Positions 26,993 to 38,373 of a stretch of DNA of 64,000 bases are shown in pieces (the stretch's first letter is position 1; every line of letters starts with the position of its first letter). This stretch comes from Octopus sinensis. Lineage: Eukaryota. The stretch is from the NCBI RefSeq assembly GCF_006345805.1, contig NC_043010.1, positions 65,224,001 through 65,288,000 of the forward strand, written 5' to 3'. The notes below the pieces were generated by a model. The model was given only the letters and a program-made list of their open reading frames with translations, did no database searches and was not told the origin of the DNA. A program made the translations under genes and the position numbers.

Positions 26993-27251
26993 TTAATATT
27001 GCTCAAGGTCAACTACAAGCAAACAAGTATATATGGAATAAAAGGAACTACAGTCTTCCATAATGGAACTTGTGAAAAAATGAATATATCGATGGCATCC
27101 GACAAAGCAGTTGACGGAAATTTTGATCCTGGAATTACGCATAAATCATGTGCAAGTACTGACTGGGAAAAATATCCATATTGGCAAGTGATGTTTGATA
27201 AACCATACACGATATCCCAACTGAGAATATATAATCGAATGGGAAATAATC
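26993..27251 (+). CDS. Exon 6: N-terminal half of a fucolectin/F5/8-type C (FTP) domain, apparently frameshifted near 27010-27016
   Basis: TTTTCCAG acceptor, C|GTAAGT donor. VNIAQGQ is in the entry frame; KQTS...SDKAVDGN...SCAST..EKYPYWQV.F...ISQLRIYNR is in a shifted frame. Length is 259 bp. Confidence 0.85.
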
Positions 27252-28659
27252 GTAAGTATTGTTAAAAAGTTATTAATGTTGTCGGTTCGTCTCAGTTTAT
27301 CTTGATTCAGCAGGATTATTATCGAAAGTGTTCCAGCCGTGACTCTGTATGACAGTATCGTGCGTTTTGACAGAAAGTTTGTTTTCTAGTTCTAACGATT
27401 CCAGTGGCCGATTAAAAGAATCTTCGTTGGCTCACAATACATTTGTTTATTTATGTTGACACAGTGTATATAAATATTATATAGCAAGTTAAAAGAATAT
27501 TATTATTGTTGATGAAATTTGATTTGTTTTTGATAATGGAAATGAGTTTTGTTTTCTCTTTACTTTGAACATCAGAAGGGACCAACGTGTGATTGATGAA
27601 AACGTTGTACTCTTTTAATAATATGGCGGCTATGACCTCGCCAACAAAATTTCCTTTCGGTCTGTAACACCTCTAATTGCTAGTGCAATACTTCACTTTA
27701 GAGTGTAAGGGTTTTGGTGGCTTTCGTATCTATTTTTATGGTCGCGCCATTATTAAACCGATTGTTTGTAATACAGTATTATAGCAGCCAGAGTTGAATA
27801 TAATGTATTCATATTTAAAAAGAAATGTTCATGCATTTGTGTATAACTACATGTATATGCACACAGGTGCACACGCGCACATACAGATGCATAACTAGAA
27901 AAGCACTCGGAGAGAGCAGATCTTCGCCAAACCAGCAGGAGCAGCACTACGACGTCAACGTTGACGACGACGACCACCACTACCACCATATCACAATCAC
28001 CACAACAACTATCCTACCTCTATCACCAACATCAACAACAGCATTGTCATTGCTTCCACTTCAACCGCATACATCGCCATCAACGTTATCATGACGATTA
28101 CCTTGACAGTCACTTTCACCACCACAACCAGTATAACCACTACAATACCACCATTACGCAACTAACACTATCATCAGCACCACTATTACCACCATCATCT
28201 CAGCGTCACACATAACACCGCTCCTGTCGCCATTATAAACACCGATACTATTTTATCCTCCTCCCAAATTTATCTCGATCATCGCCATCATCAACACTGT
28301 CTCTTCTGTCACCACAATCACCGTCAAAACTTCGATCATCACAATCAGTTTCTTTACACCGTGAAAATTCCATTATCCGATACTCATGGGACACAGCGGC
28401 GGTGGAGGGAGCAAAGCCTGAGTTTTTCAGTCGATCCTAATAGTCAAGGCTTGTCATGTCATCATCCGCAGACCTCCACCAATTTTAAGATAGATGCGCC
28501 AGTAAAATTTCCTAATAGAGAAACGAAAATAAACTTTGGAAACAGCAACGCCACCATACGTTACGTGAAATCGATGAACGTGTTTTCAAGGGGGATAATC
28601 AAAGAACGTAACCTTGTAATACGTCATGTAATGTAAATATAACAAATTAAAAATCCTTC

Positions 28660-28875
28660 AAGACTCCATAAAAATTCCCGGATCACTACCAAAGTTTAAT
28701 CATCTTGGGTCATTGCCATCTTTGTGTCATTACAATCTTTTCCTTCTCATTACCATCTTTTCCTGCAAGTTTCATCAAATACTGTTCACAACTTTCTTAG
28801 TTATTTTGCACAGAGACGGACAGACGGACAAATGAACGCCAATGAAAACAACCTCCTTCCTTGGCGGAGGTAATT
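28660..28875 (+). mobile_element. Short non-autonomous element remnant (Helentron/HINE-like)
   Basis: GACGGACA repeats followed by the terminal hairpin ACCTCC-TTCCTTGGC-GGAGGT. Confidence 0.35.
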
Positions 28876-28931
28876 ATATGTACATTTGTATATAAAAGTG
28901 TAATTGTGTGAAATATATGGTATGCAAAATT

Positions 28932-28963
<32 letters not shown>

Positions 28964-29490
28964 GGGAGTATATCCAAACTTACAGGGAAAAATTAGATTT
29001 AGGATTAAATCAAATTTCACAGTATAAATATAAATTAAATTAGAGATAAAACCACTATTAGGCAAATCAAACAGTGATAGACATAAACCAAAACATAAAA
29101 AACAAAAATAGATTAATTAATATAATATACAAGATATATATAAAATATAAATTTTAAAATATTAAAATTTGAAATTTTTAAATATATATTTATAGATTTT
29201 TATATTTTTATATTTTAAATTTATAAAATTTTAAACTATTAATTTTTTAATGTTTTAATTTATTAATTATTTTTAAACTAACCAAAATTATTAAAAATTT
29301 AATATAATATAATAAGTAAAAACACTACGTACTTTTCATGGCTATTATTCAATTCGAATTACAATTAAGTTTAACTTCAATTAAAAATTCGAATTAAAAT
29401 TATAGTCAATCTTCAGGTTAATGATAATAGTTAAATGAATAAGCAAATAGAGTTAAATAATATTTTTTAGTAAATAAATAAAATAATATA

Positions 29491-30097
29491 AGGTATACTT
29501 GCCATCTCAATATGGCTAACCACTAAGGGTGGGTGTTACTGTAGTTTGTAGCCCCAGGAGAACATCATCTCCAGCTGGCTTTAGGTACACTTTCTGTGCC
29601 CTTATGGTATTTGCAAAGGGAGGTCACCCTTCCCTCGTCAACCTAAGTGATACGCATGGACTGCAGTTTCTAGGTTTTGACCTATCCTCAGCGTACGACA
29701 ATCACCGGTTTCGATGAAGGGAGGTCCCAATGCAAATTCTTATATCATTTTTCCAGTAACCGGTGATTGTCGTACGCTGAGGACAGTTTCTAGGTTTTGA
29801 CCTGTCCTCAGCGTACGACAATCACCGTTACTGGAAAAACGATATAAGAATTTGCATTGGGACCTCCCTTCATCGAAAGCCGGTGATTGTCGTACGCTGA
29901 GGACAGGTCAAAACCTAGAAACTGCAGTCCGTGCGTATCACTTATGTTGACGAGGGAAGGGTGACCTCCCTTTGCAAATACCATAAGGGCACAGAAAGTG
30001 TGCCTAAAGCCAGCTGGAGACGATGTTCTCCTGGGGCTACAAACTACAGTAACACCCACCCTTAGTGGTTAGCCATATTGAGATGGCAAGTACACCT
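29491..30097. repeat. ~600-bp near-perfect palindrome made of inverted copies of hammerhead repeat family B, with a nested central hairpin
   Basis: Arms 29491-~29760 and ~29827-30097 are reverse complements; the centre consists of two partial ribozyme fragments. Confidence 0.92.
29882..29942 (+). ncRNA. Type I hammerhead ribozyme, family B (mirror copy at 29646-29706 on the - strand)
   Basis: CGTACG CTGAGGA CAGGT-CAAA-ACCTA GAAA CTGCAG TC^ CGTGCG, with distal stem I GGTGAT/ATCACT. The minus copy has TAGGT/ACCTA as stem II. Confidence 0.82.
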
Positions 30098-30649
30098 CAC
30101 AATGAAATAATAATTTTTCTTATAAAAGACCCTATTATCAAATGAGATACTTAAAAAATTAGGATTATGTCATACAACCCATTTATTATGTTAAATATTA
30201 ATTTTTAAGGTAAAACAATAGATAGAAAAATGTATTTATCTCTTAAGATATAACATGGCTTTGAAAAACATAATAAACTCACGAATATCCTAAACTCAGT
30301 TATAGTCAATATCTAATAACCAAATTATTTAACAAAATAATCACTATTCATAGTGAACTCAAATAAACAAATATAATTAGCCTTCATTAAAATATTTTCA
30401 ATATACAATATAAACGAATGGAATTAGCCTAACACAAGTCGAACATACAATGAGTAAATTGACAGAAAATTCGAGAGAATCTTTACATAGAGTCAATCAA
30501 CCTTGTTACTTTCAATGGCATAAAACTAAATCACTATGCATACCACGAATGCAACCCTGTACGACGTACTAAGTGTGTGTGCGCACGCGTGTGTGTGTAT
30601 ATATCTATTATAATAAACTTCGCAATGTATATATTCTGGTCAGTGAAAT

Positions 30650-31410
30650 TGAAAATGCTCGCAAGCTGATGAAAGCAAAAACAGCTCTAGAAAGTGTGGA
30701 ATAGCAACAGAGATGCTAAGGTGTAGCGAAGATCTGTGGAAGTACGCTTCAATCGCTTTCTGAAGGAAGATAAAATACTCTCACCGAAGAAAGTGTTGAA
30801 TATCATCTGGATTCATGAGAAGGGTGATAAAGAACACCTAACACAATTTCACCTTCTCTGCAAGCTGTTACAAAGGTTATATACACACCAGACTATCGAT
30901 ATATCTCGGTGACCATCACCCGCAACTCCAAGCAAATTTTCCGCAAATACTACACTACGATGGATCACAAATTCACTTCTAATAGAGCGAAACAATACAA
31001 ACTGCGACTGTGAGTCACATTTTTCGACAACGAGAGACCTTCCGTAACATCGTGTTGAAGGCAGTGCTGAAATCTCAGGAAATACAAGGTGTCGCAAAAC
31101 ATCAAACTCCAAAGGGATATAAGCTCTGGATACAACACTGATATAGCGCTGCTATGCTACTAATAAAATTTCCGAATTAAAAGGGCCACAAACAAGGAGA
31201 TACCATTTCTCCTAAGCTCTTCACCGTATGTCTATAAATACTCATCAGAGACATTGACTGGATAGGTGGCATGAACATCAACGGCTATTATTAATACACC
31301 TTTCATTTGAAGATGACGTTGCACTTACCGCCAAAGCCACTGACCATATAGATTATGCTGTCAGAGCTGGATGCCCATCGCTCAGGAGTAAGCCTTAAAA
31401 CAAACCGCAT
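30650..31410 (+). mobile_element. Degenerate RTE-type LINE RT fragment
   Basis: KG.KQGDTISPKLFT motif near 31180-31225 and a FEDDVAL-like remnant. Confidence 0.6.
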
Positions 31411-31662
31411 GAAAAAGAACAAGAAAAACAGGGGAAAGTAGAAAAACGAAACGGATTTAAAGACTAAAAAAGCTAAATATGATAGGAAATGTGTGTGAAA
31501 TATAAGTCAAGTAAGTAAAAGAAAAATAAGTGAGGAAGATGAGCAGAACAAACAAAGGGATTGAAATTTTATAAGGGTGAGAGTAATGCCAATAAAGATA
31601 TTGAACTTATCTGACGATACAGGTAACCAGCAGACATAGTAAAAATAGAGATTTATAGCAGA

Positions 31663-32057
31663 GTAGCAGTATCGCCCGGCGTTGCTCGGGTTTGTTAGGG
31701 AAATAACTATATAAGCATTTTTAGGGAGTTATAGCCAAAAAATAGCAAAAAAATGCATTAAAAATGGAAAAAAAATTATGGTAATTTTTTTTTTAATCGT
31801 TGACACATCGTAGACATTTTAGAGAGTTACTTCCCTTATATAATATCGAAAAAATGCATTAAAATGGAAAAACATTATGGTAAATTTTTTTAAAATCGTA
31901 GACTCATCGTAGACGCGCGCTAATACCCAGAAGGGCTCGATATGAATCACGACTATAAGATACCCGGTTTTGGTTAAACTGCACCGCAAAATGTGGGAGT
32001 AGTTAGGAATCTAAATCGTAGGAGACAGACACACAACTTCACTTTTATATATAAAGA
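31663..32057 (-). mobile_element. Non-autonomous Helitron
   Basis: The minus strand starts TC (TCTTTATATATAAAAGTG...) and ends with the GC hairpin CCCGAGCAACGCCGGG and a CTAG-like end (CTAC). There is an internal ~100-bp duplication. Confidence 0.65.
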
Positions 32058-32149
32058 TATTGTTGTACATGTACGTAGATGGAATTCGTATAGGGGAGGG
32101 ATATGTTTAAATAATTGTAAACTGAAAGTCTCCGCTTGTAGGTAGAGTG

Positions 32150-33200
32150 AACGTATCTCCTCTCTTGATTTTAGGATATTAATTGCAAACACGATATTCC
32201 GCTTTTTCCTTACGTACATATTTCATCTTGTATTCATTCCATTATAGGAACTAGCATTAGCTAAAATTCTCCACTTGTTGATAATCACTGTCATTTAGGT
32301 ACGAGATGTGCTTAGAAACTGATATAGAAACCCCTGTAATAGAGTGGTCATTGCGACCATTTTCAACAATTACAACCTTGTGGAATCGGATTTTAATTGT
32401 TTGTAGGAGTAGTTCTCGTATCGTAGTTTAGTATGTTTGATTCTCTATTACCATCTCATCGTTACGATAGAGTCCGAGGTGAACGCTTGATAATTCATCC
32501 CTAAGCATTCTCAGCGACGACAGTTTAACAAGATCTGCACATTCAGCGCAATCAAAGCTGTCCATGGGGTGTCCAAAATCTCGTCTCCTTGCTTCTTCAC
32601 TCAAATGAGTTATCGTGTAATAACTGTGACACGCAGTTTTAAGAATAACATTGATGTCTATTTCCGAGATTGAAGTAAACATTTCATCGAATTCAAACGC
32701 TCGGAGAAGAAGCTTTAGGGATATGGATGAGTAAAACTGTACAAGCTGCATAAACTCATGACTGTGTTTATCCTCTTTGTTATTGAACAACTGAATGATG
32801 TGGCTACAGTTCCATTAGGTTCAGCGGACGTTCTGATTTTGGCATTGATACTGTCGAGGTTCCTTTTGCTGATCTATCCCAATTCACAATTCATACGTTC
32901 AATGAATCTACACTTCAGGCTACTGATGAAGTTGTCTTTGAGGTCTTTTAGCAGACGTTAATGTTAATGTCGTTTCAGACATTCAGCTCAGCCTGTTATG
33001 CCCAGTTGTGATACTAAACCTTGACCCTCGTCGTTAATCTTGTAATAAGTACTGTGGCTGGTTTCTTCATTGTATGTGCTCGCAATATTATTGAACAGAA
33101 GTGATTCTGGACATTTTCAATCATTGCGCAATTGGATGTAGTCCATCATTTTGGCCAAATAGTTTCCGAACATGTCGAGTGCTCTACCGGCTACAAATGG
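32150..33200 (-). mobile_element. Degenerate Penelope-like RT fragment
   Basis: ORF 32428-32790 contains QFYSSIS, MDSFDCAECADLV and GLYRND, matching the PLE RT motifs FYPSIS, MGSFDGAE.C.LVG and GLYRDD. Confidence 0.72.
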
Positions 33201-33826
33201 TAGGGAGGCTTTATACGTAGGTGCACAGGATATTCAGAGAAGCTACGAAAGGAAGATTAATGAGGTTTTCGCATTTATATATAGATTTTTAATCACGGGT
33301 GTGATAATGAGGAAAGAATTGATAACGGGAGAAGAGAAACTGGACAGGAAGAAAAGGAAAATGAGAAAGAAGTGAAAGCGAAAAGGGTGTGAAAGAAAGA
33401 AAAAGAAACACTAAAAGAAAAATAGAATAAATAGAAATAGAAAAAAGAAGAAAGAGAAAAGGGAAAAGGGAAAATAAAGAAATGGAAAAATAACGAAAAG
33501 GAAAAATAAAGAAAAGGGAAAAAGAAATGGGAAGAGATGTTGAAAAAAATACAAAGGGAAGAATTCAAGAATAGCAGATGATGGAATATTAGATGCAAAG
33601 AATAGAGCACAAAAATAAAATATGTGGAATAAAACATCACAGTTAAAATCGCAGCGGCACTGCATTAGAGAGAGGGACAAACCAGCAAAGTGATAAAGAA
33701 AATACAGATTTGGAATGAAGGATATATTACAGTCACGTTTATTATTGTTGTTAATGGTAGTCACGGTAGTTGTAGTAGTAATAACAGCAGTACTTACCAC
33801 TATTATTATTAATATTATCATCATTC

Positions 33827-34400
33827 AGGAGGTGAGCTGGCAGAATCGTTAGGACGCTGAACCAAATGCTTAGCGGTATTTCGTCTGCCGCTACGTTCTG
33901 AGTTCAAATTCCCCCGAGGTCGACTTTGCCTTTCATCCTTTTGGGGTCGATAAATTAAGTACCAGTTACACACTGGGGTCGATGTAATCGACTTAATACC
34001 TATGTCTGTCCTTGTTTGTCCCTTCTGTGTTTAGCCCCTTGTGGGTAGTAAAGAAATAGGTATTTCGCCTGTCGCTATTTTCTCAGTCCAAATTCCGCCG
34101 AGGTCGACTTTGCCTTTCATCTTTTCAGAGTCGATTAAACAAGTACCAGTTACGCATTGGTGTCGATATAATCGACTTAATCCGTTTGTCTGTCCTTGTT
34201 TGTCCTCTCTGTGTTTAGCCCCTTGTGGGTAGTAAAGAAATAGGTATTTAGCCTGTTACTAAGTTCTAAATTTAAATTCCGCTGAGGGGACATTGCCTTT
34301 CATCTTTTCGAGGTCGATAAATTAATTACACTTGAAACGCTGGGGTCGATGTAATAGACTCATCCCTTCCCCCAAAATAGTTGCCCTTGTGCCAAAATTT
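33827..34400 (+). mobile_element. tRNA-derived SINE (same family as 22790-23360) with internal tandem repeats and an (ATT)n tail
   Basis: Direct sequence similarity to 22790-23360. Confidence 0.75.
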
Positions 34401-34464
34401 GAAACCATTATTATTATCATCACCGTAACTATTATTATTATTGTTGTTGTTGTTGTCGTTGATG

Positions 34465-34555
<91 letters not shown>

Positions 34556-34569
34556 TGTTGTTGTTGTTG

Positions 34570-35720
34570 TTGTTGTCCATTTAAAACGGGTTTGAATTTG
34601 TCAATGAAATTCTTTTCTCTGCCTTTTCTCTCGACTTCGCTTGAGATGTGTAATTTGTAGAATAGGAATATTATAAACATTTTCTGACTACATGCAGCCA
34701 GAAGGTTGCTTACAGGATCCCTTATTTGCTGTCGGTGCACATGTGAACGTTCCGATAGTGCATTCCCAGTCTGACCGACGTTTATTCCTTCCCAATTCGG
34801 GCATTTGATGCAGTAAACTAGCAAACTTGCACAAAGGAACGAATTAAAGGATATAATCACGGATCTATTTCGTTTTGGGATTTGGTTTGCAAGATTCTTT
34901 ATATGAGTTCGTGTGTTGAAGCATATTTAGTTGTGTCTGAGGAGATCCATTTTCTTTTGTGCCTTATAATGTAACACACTCACCGGTAAAATTTCCAATC
35001 ATTTCTTATTTTTATTTTCCTAAAATTTTCGTTGCGTCTTGCAAAATTTTCAATTGTCTTGAAGAATATTGAAAAGGTTGCAAGACGCAACGAAACTTTT
35101 AGGAAAATAAAAATTTCGGGAAAATAAAAATAAGAAATAATTGGAAATTTTACTGGTGAGTGTGTTACATTATAAAGCACAAAAAGAAAATGACTCTCCT
35201 CAGACACAACAGAATCACAGATCTAGCTTTGATTCTAAGTAAAAGACAGACGAAAGCTTGACACACTTGTTAACAAAGGCAAAGTTTGAGCTAAACAACA
35301 ATGATGATTCATTCGTTGTATCCAAATGCAATGGTAATCGAAGAATATTTGTCAATGCAAATAGGAACTACAAAAGCAGATATTTAATTTATTGCATCAG
35401 ATGACCGAATTGTGAAGAGAAATACGTTGGTCAGACTGGAATGAATTATCGGAACGCAAACATAAGTACCAACAACAAATCAGAGACCCTGATGCCTATC
35501 AGACCCCTTTAAGCAACATTCTAGCAACATGTGGTCAGAAAATGTGTATAATGTGAATAATTCTACAAACTACACAACTCAAGTGATGGTGTTGGTAGTG
35601 TTACGCATATTAACGTTGATTTGATTGAAATCTAAAATTTCTGGAAAATTGTAGGAATCGTAGCAAGAGAATTCAATGAAAAGAGGGATGTTATTGACAA
35701 CATTCTTCAATACAGCCAAA
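34570..35720. mobile_element. Two divergent, oppositely oriented PLE GIY-YIG endonuclease remnants (34570-34860 on -, ~35340-35720 on +) either side of a fold-back repeat
   Basis: Minus: LVYCIKCPNWEGINVGQTGNALSER..VHRQQIRDP. Plus: LIYCIR*PNCEEKYVGQTG...QQQIRDP. Confidence 0.72.
34930..35210. repeat. ~280-bp fold-back (inverted repeat)
   Basis: GTTGTGTCTGAGGAG...GTTGCGTCTTGCAA is reverse-complemented by TTGCAAGACGCAAC...CTCCTCAGACACAAC. Confidence 0.85.
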
Positions 35721-36174
35721 CAATTATTTCTTTAGTTGCGGTCAAAATAAGGAACCCTTGACGTGCCCACCAAACCGAGACGACCACGGCGCTCACCAAT
35801 AACCTAAACTATTTCGATGAATAAAGCGTGATAACTGCTAACCAAGTTGGCACAACTACTAACCCATGACATCTAAGCCACATACTGATTGATCTAAATA
35901 CTGCTAATACTTAGTTGGCGCACTCACTAAACCATGATATCTTAGCTAGTTACTGATTGGTCAAAACACTGTTCGTAAGATTCAGTCTGCTGCAGCCAAT
36001 CGGAAGGTATTTAAAGTCACAACTACTGCATAAACCTGATGATTGCGTAACAACAAATATATATTCTGTTATTATAATATTGTAAAATTCTAAATATTTT
36101 ATATGGTAAAACATTAAAATCAGACTAGGTCAGAATTTGATTTATATATTCCTCTTTACACAATCATACAAACC

Positions 36175-36265
<91 letters not shown>

Positions 36266-36329
36266 ATATACGAATAAGTGGACAGAGAAATAAAAGGCAT
36301 TCAACCAATTTATTGGGAGTTACAAGTAT

Positions 36330-37805
36330 GGATCAAAATAGTTTGATTCAAATTCCTTGGTACTCTAGAGTTTCAAGCACGATGTTAGTCGTCAGCCATT
36401 TTGAATTTGAATGACAAAAGTTGATTATTATTAGTGTAGGGTGGACTGCGATTGGTCGAGGAAGGTCATGCGGTGTCGTGTTTTGATGTTGGTATACGGG
36501 TAACAGTTAGTTGGAAAATACCGCAAGGTGAACAGGAAATTGACCACGTGGAGGGCAGGAAATAGACTAGAAGTCAGTCAGGTTGTTGGCGGTTAGTAAG
36601 AAGTGGCGGCATGTGCAAGTATATAGTTCTATAAGTTGGTGTGTAGAAGCGTTCATATAGTTTTGTGTACATGGGTATATTGATGCGTGAGAGCACATTT
36701 GTACATAGGCGCACACGCGCACATTTGCACACACACATACACGTGCGTGCTTAAACAAACACGTATGCACATACACACGCATATGTACACACACATCTAA
36801 CCGCACGCATCCTCAGACGTAAAAATGCACCCTCACATCCCCATCCCCATCCCCAACCTGCTACTTCCTAAACACTACCACATTCCCTTCAGAAGGATCT
36901 TCTGTCTCAAGGGTCGTAGTATAGAGAGCAACTCTTACTCCATCCGATGGCCTTACTAGGTACTATACGGGTATGACAGCTACTGACTCCAAGGGAACAT
37001 ACTCCCTGTATATGCACTCGTTCAGATCCAGGGACAGTGGGAACTCTACTTCTCTGTCTGTTTTTCTCTGGAGACTCCGTGATCTCCGAGATGAAATACC
37101 CAGCATTAAGGTGACTACTGTCGATGTAGCCCCACCATATTCACCCGGCGCCCCCATTAGCCAGCTCTGCCTCGGTAAAAACCTGCATATCCTCCAGGAA
37201 CCCTCAGTATCTATAAAGAAAGAAATACGATTCATCGTATTGTTGCCAGGAGAGATATTCATTTCTGGTAAATTTCAGCCCTCTGACAGCCGACAACCTG
37301 GATATACCACTTTACCAACAACTGCTACCTTGTATCGCCTGTATCAAGGTCACCATTACCAATCAACCCTATGAGCAGGGCAGCCATTTACAAATTCCCA
37401 ACCTTTGCCAACTCTCACCACATTCCAACTCCAATACTTATCAATTCCCAGTGCTTTCCAATCTCCGACGCTTGTTTTACGTCTATATATGACGCATCTA
37501 CATGAGCGCATCTACACACCCACATGGAGAGCTATAGACTTGTGCATGCCACCACTTCCTCCTCCCGGCCAACAACGTGACCGACTTCTTGTCTATTTCC
37601 TGCCCTCCACATGGTCAATTTCCTGTTCGCCAAGTCGTATTTTCCAGCTAACTGTTACACATTAACTAATATCAAATCACGAGACCAATTGCAGCCCATC
37701 TCACGGTAATAGCGATCGACTTGCCATTCAAATTCAAAATGGCTGACTAGTAACGTGGTTAGAATTCAAGAGTACCAACGAATTTGAATCAAGCTCTTTT
37801 GGTCC
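36330..37805. mobile_element. PLE-like remnant bounded by diverged inverted repeats (~36330-36660 vs ~37500-37805), each with a decayed hammerhead (family D)
   Basis: 36346-36412(-) reads ATTCAAATTC AAAA TGG CTGACGA ... GAAA CTCTAGAG TA CCA AG GAATTTGAAT; a decayed copy lies at 37726-37789(+). Confidence 0.6.
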
Positions 37806-37862
37806 TTATATATATGTGTGTGTGTGTGTGTGTGTATACTTGGAAAGGCACACGGCGTTACC

Positions 37863-38025
37863 TGGGAGAGTGGCTGTGTGGTAAGTAGCTTGTTTACCAG
37901 CCACATGGTTCCGGGTTCAGTCCCACTGCGTGGCACCTTGGGCTATTGTGTCTTCTACTATAGCCTCGGGCCGACCAAAGCCTTGTGAGTGGATTTGGTA
38001 GGCGAAAACTGAAAGAATCCCGTCG

Positions 38026-38099
<74 letters not shown>

Positions 38100-38312
38100 T
38101 GTGTGTGTTTGTGTGTCTGTGTTTGTCCCCCTAGCATTGCTCGACAACCGATGCTGGTGTGTTTAGGTTCCCGTTACTTAGCGCTTCGGAAAAAGAGACC
38201 GATAGAATAAGTACTGGGCTTACACAAGAATAAGTCCCGGGGTCGAGTTGCTCGATTAAAGGCGGTGCTCCAGCATGGCCGCAGTTAAATGACTGAAACA
38301 AGTAATAGAGTA
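37863..38312 (+). mobile_element. tRNA-derived SINE with an internal microsatellite
   Basis: TGGCTGTGTGGTAAG A-box, GGTTCAGTCCC B-box, GGCACCTTGGGC CORE-like segment. Reverse fragments occur at ~11740-12000, 53790-53910 and 56580-56720. Confidence 0.75.
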
Positions 38313-38317
38313 TCTCG

Positions 38318-38370
<53 letters not shown>

Positions 38371-38373
<3 letters not shown>

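Noticed and set aside
27940-28350. His/Thr-rich ORFs
   Set aside because: Degenerate (CAC/CAT/CAA)n low-complexity tract.
28960-29490. Extremely AT-rich stretch as a possible mitochondrial control-region insertion
   Set aside because: No adjacent mitochondrial genes or tRNAs are recognisable; it is more likely the AT-rich flank of the family-B repeat.
37863-37940. tRNA genes here and at 51670-51743 and 63850-63925
   Set aside because: A and B boxes are present but there is no full cloverleaf and the sequence continues into SINE bodies.
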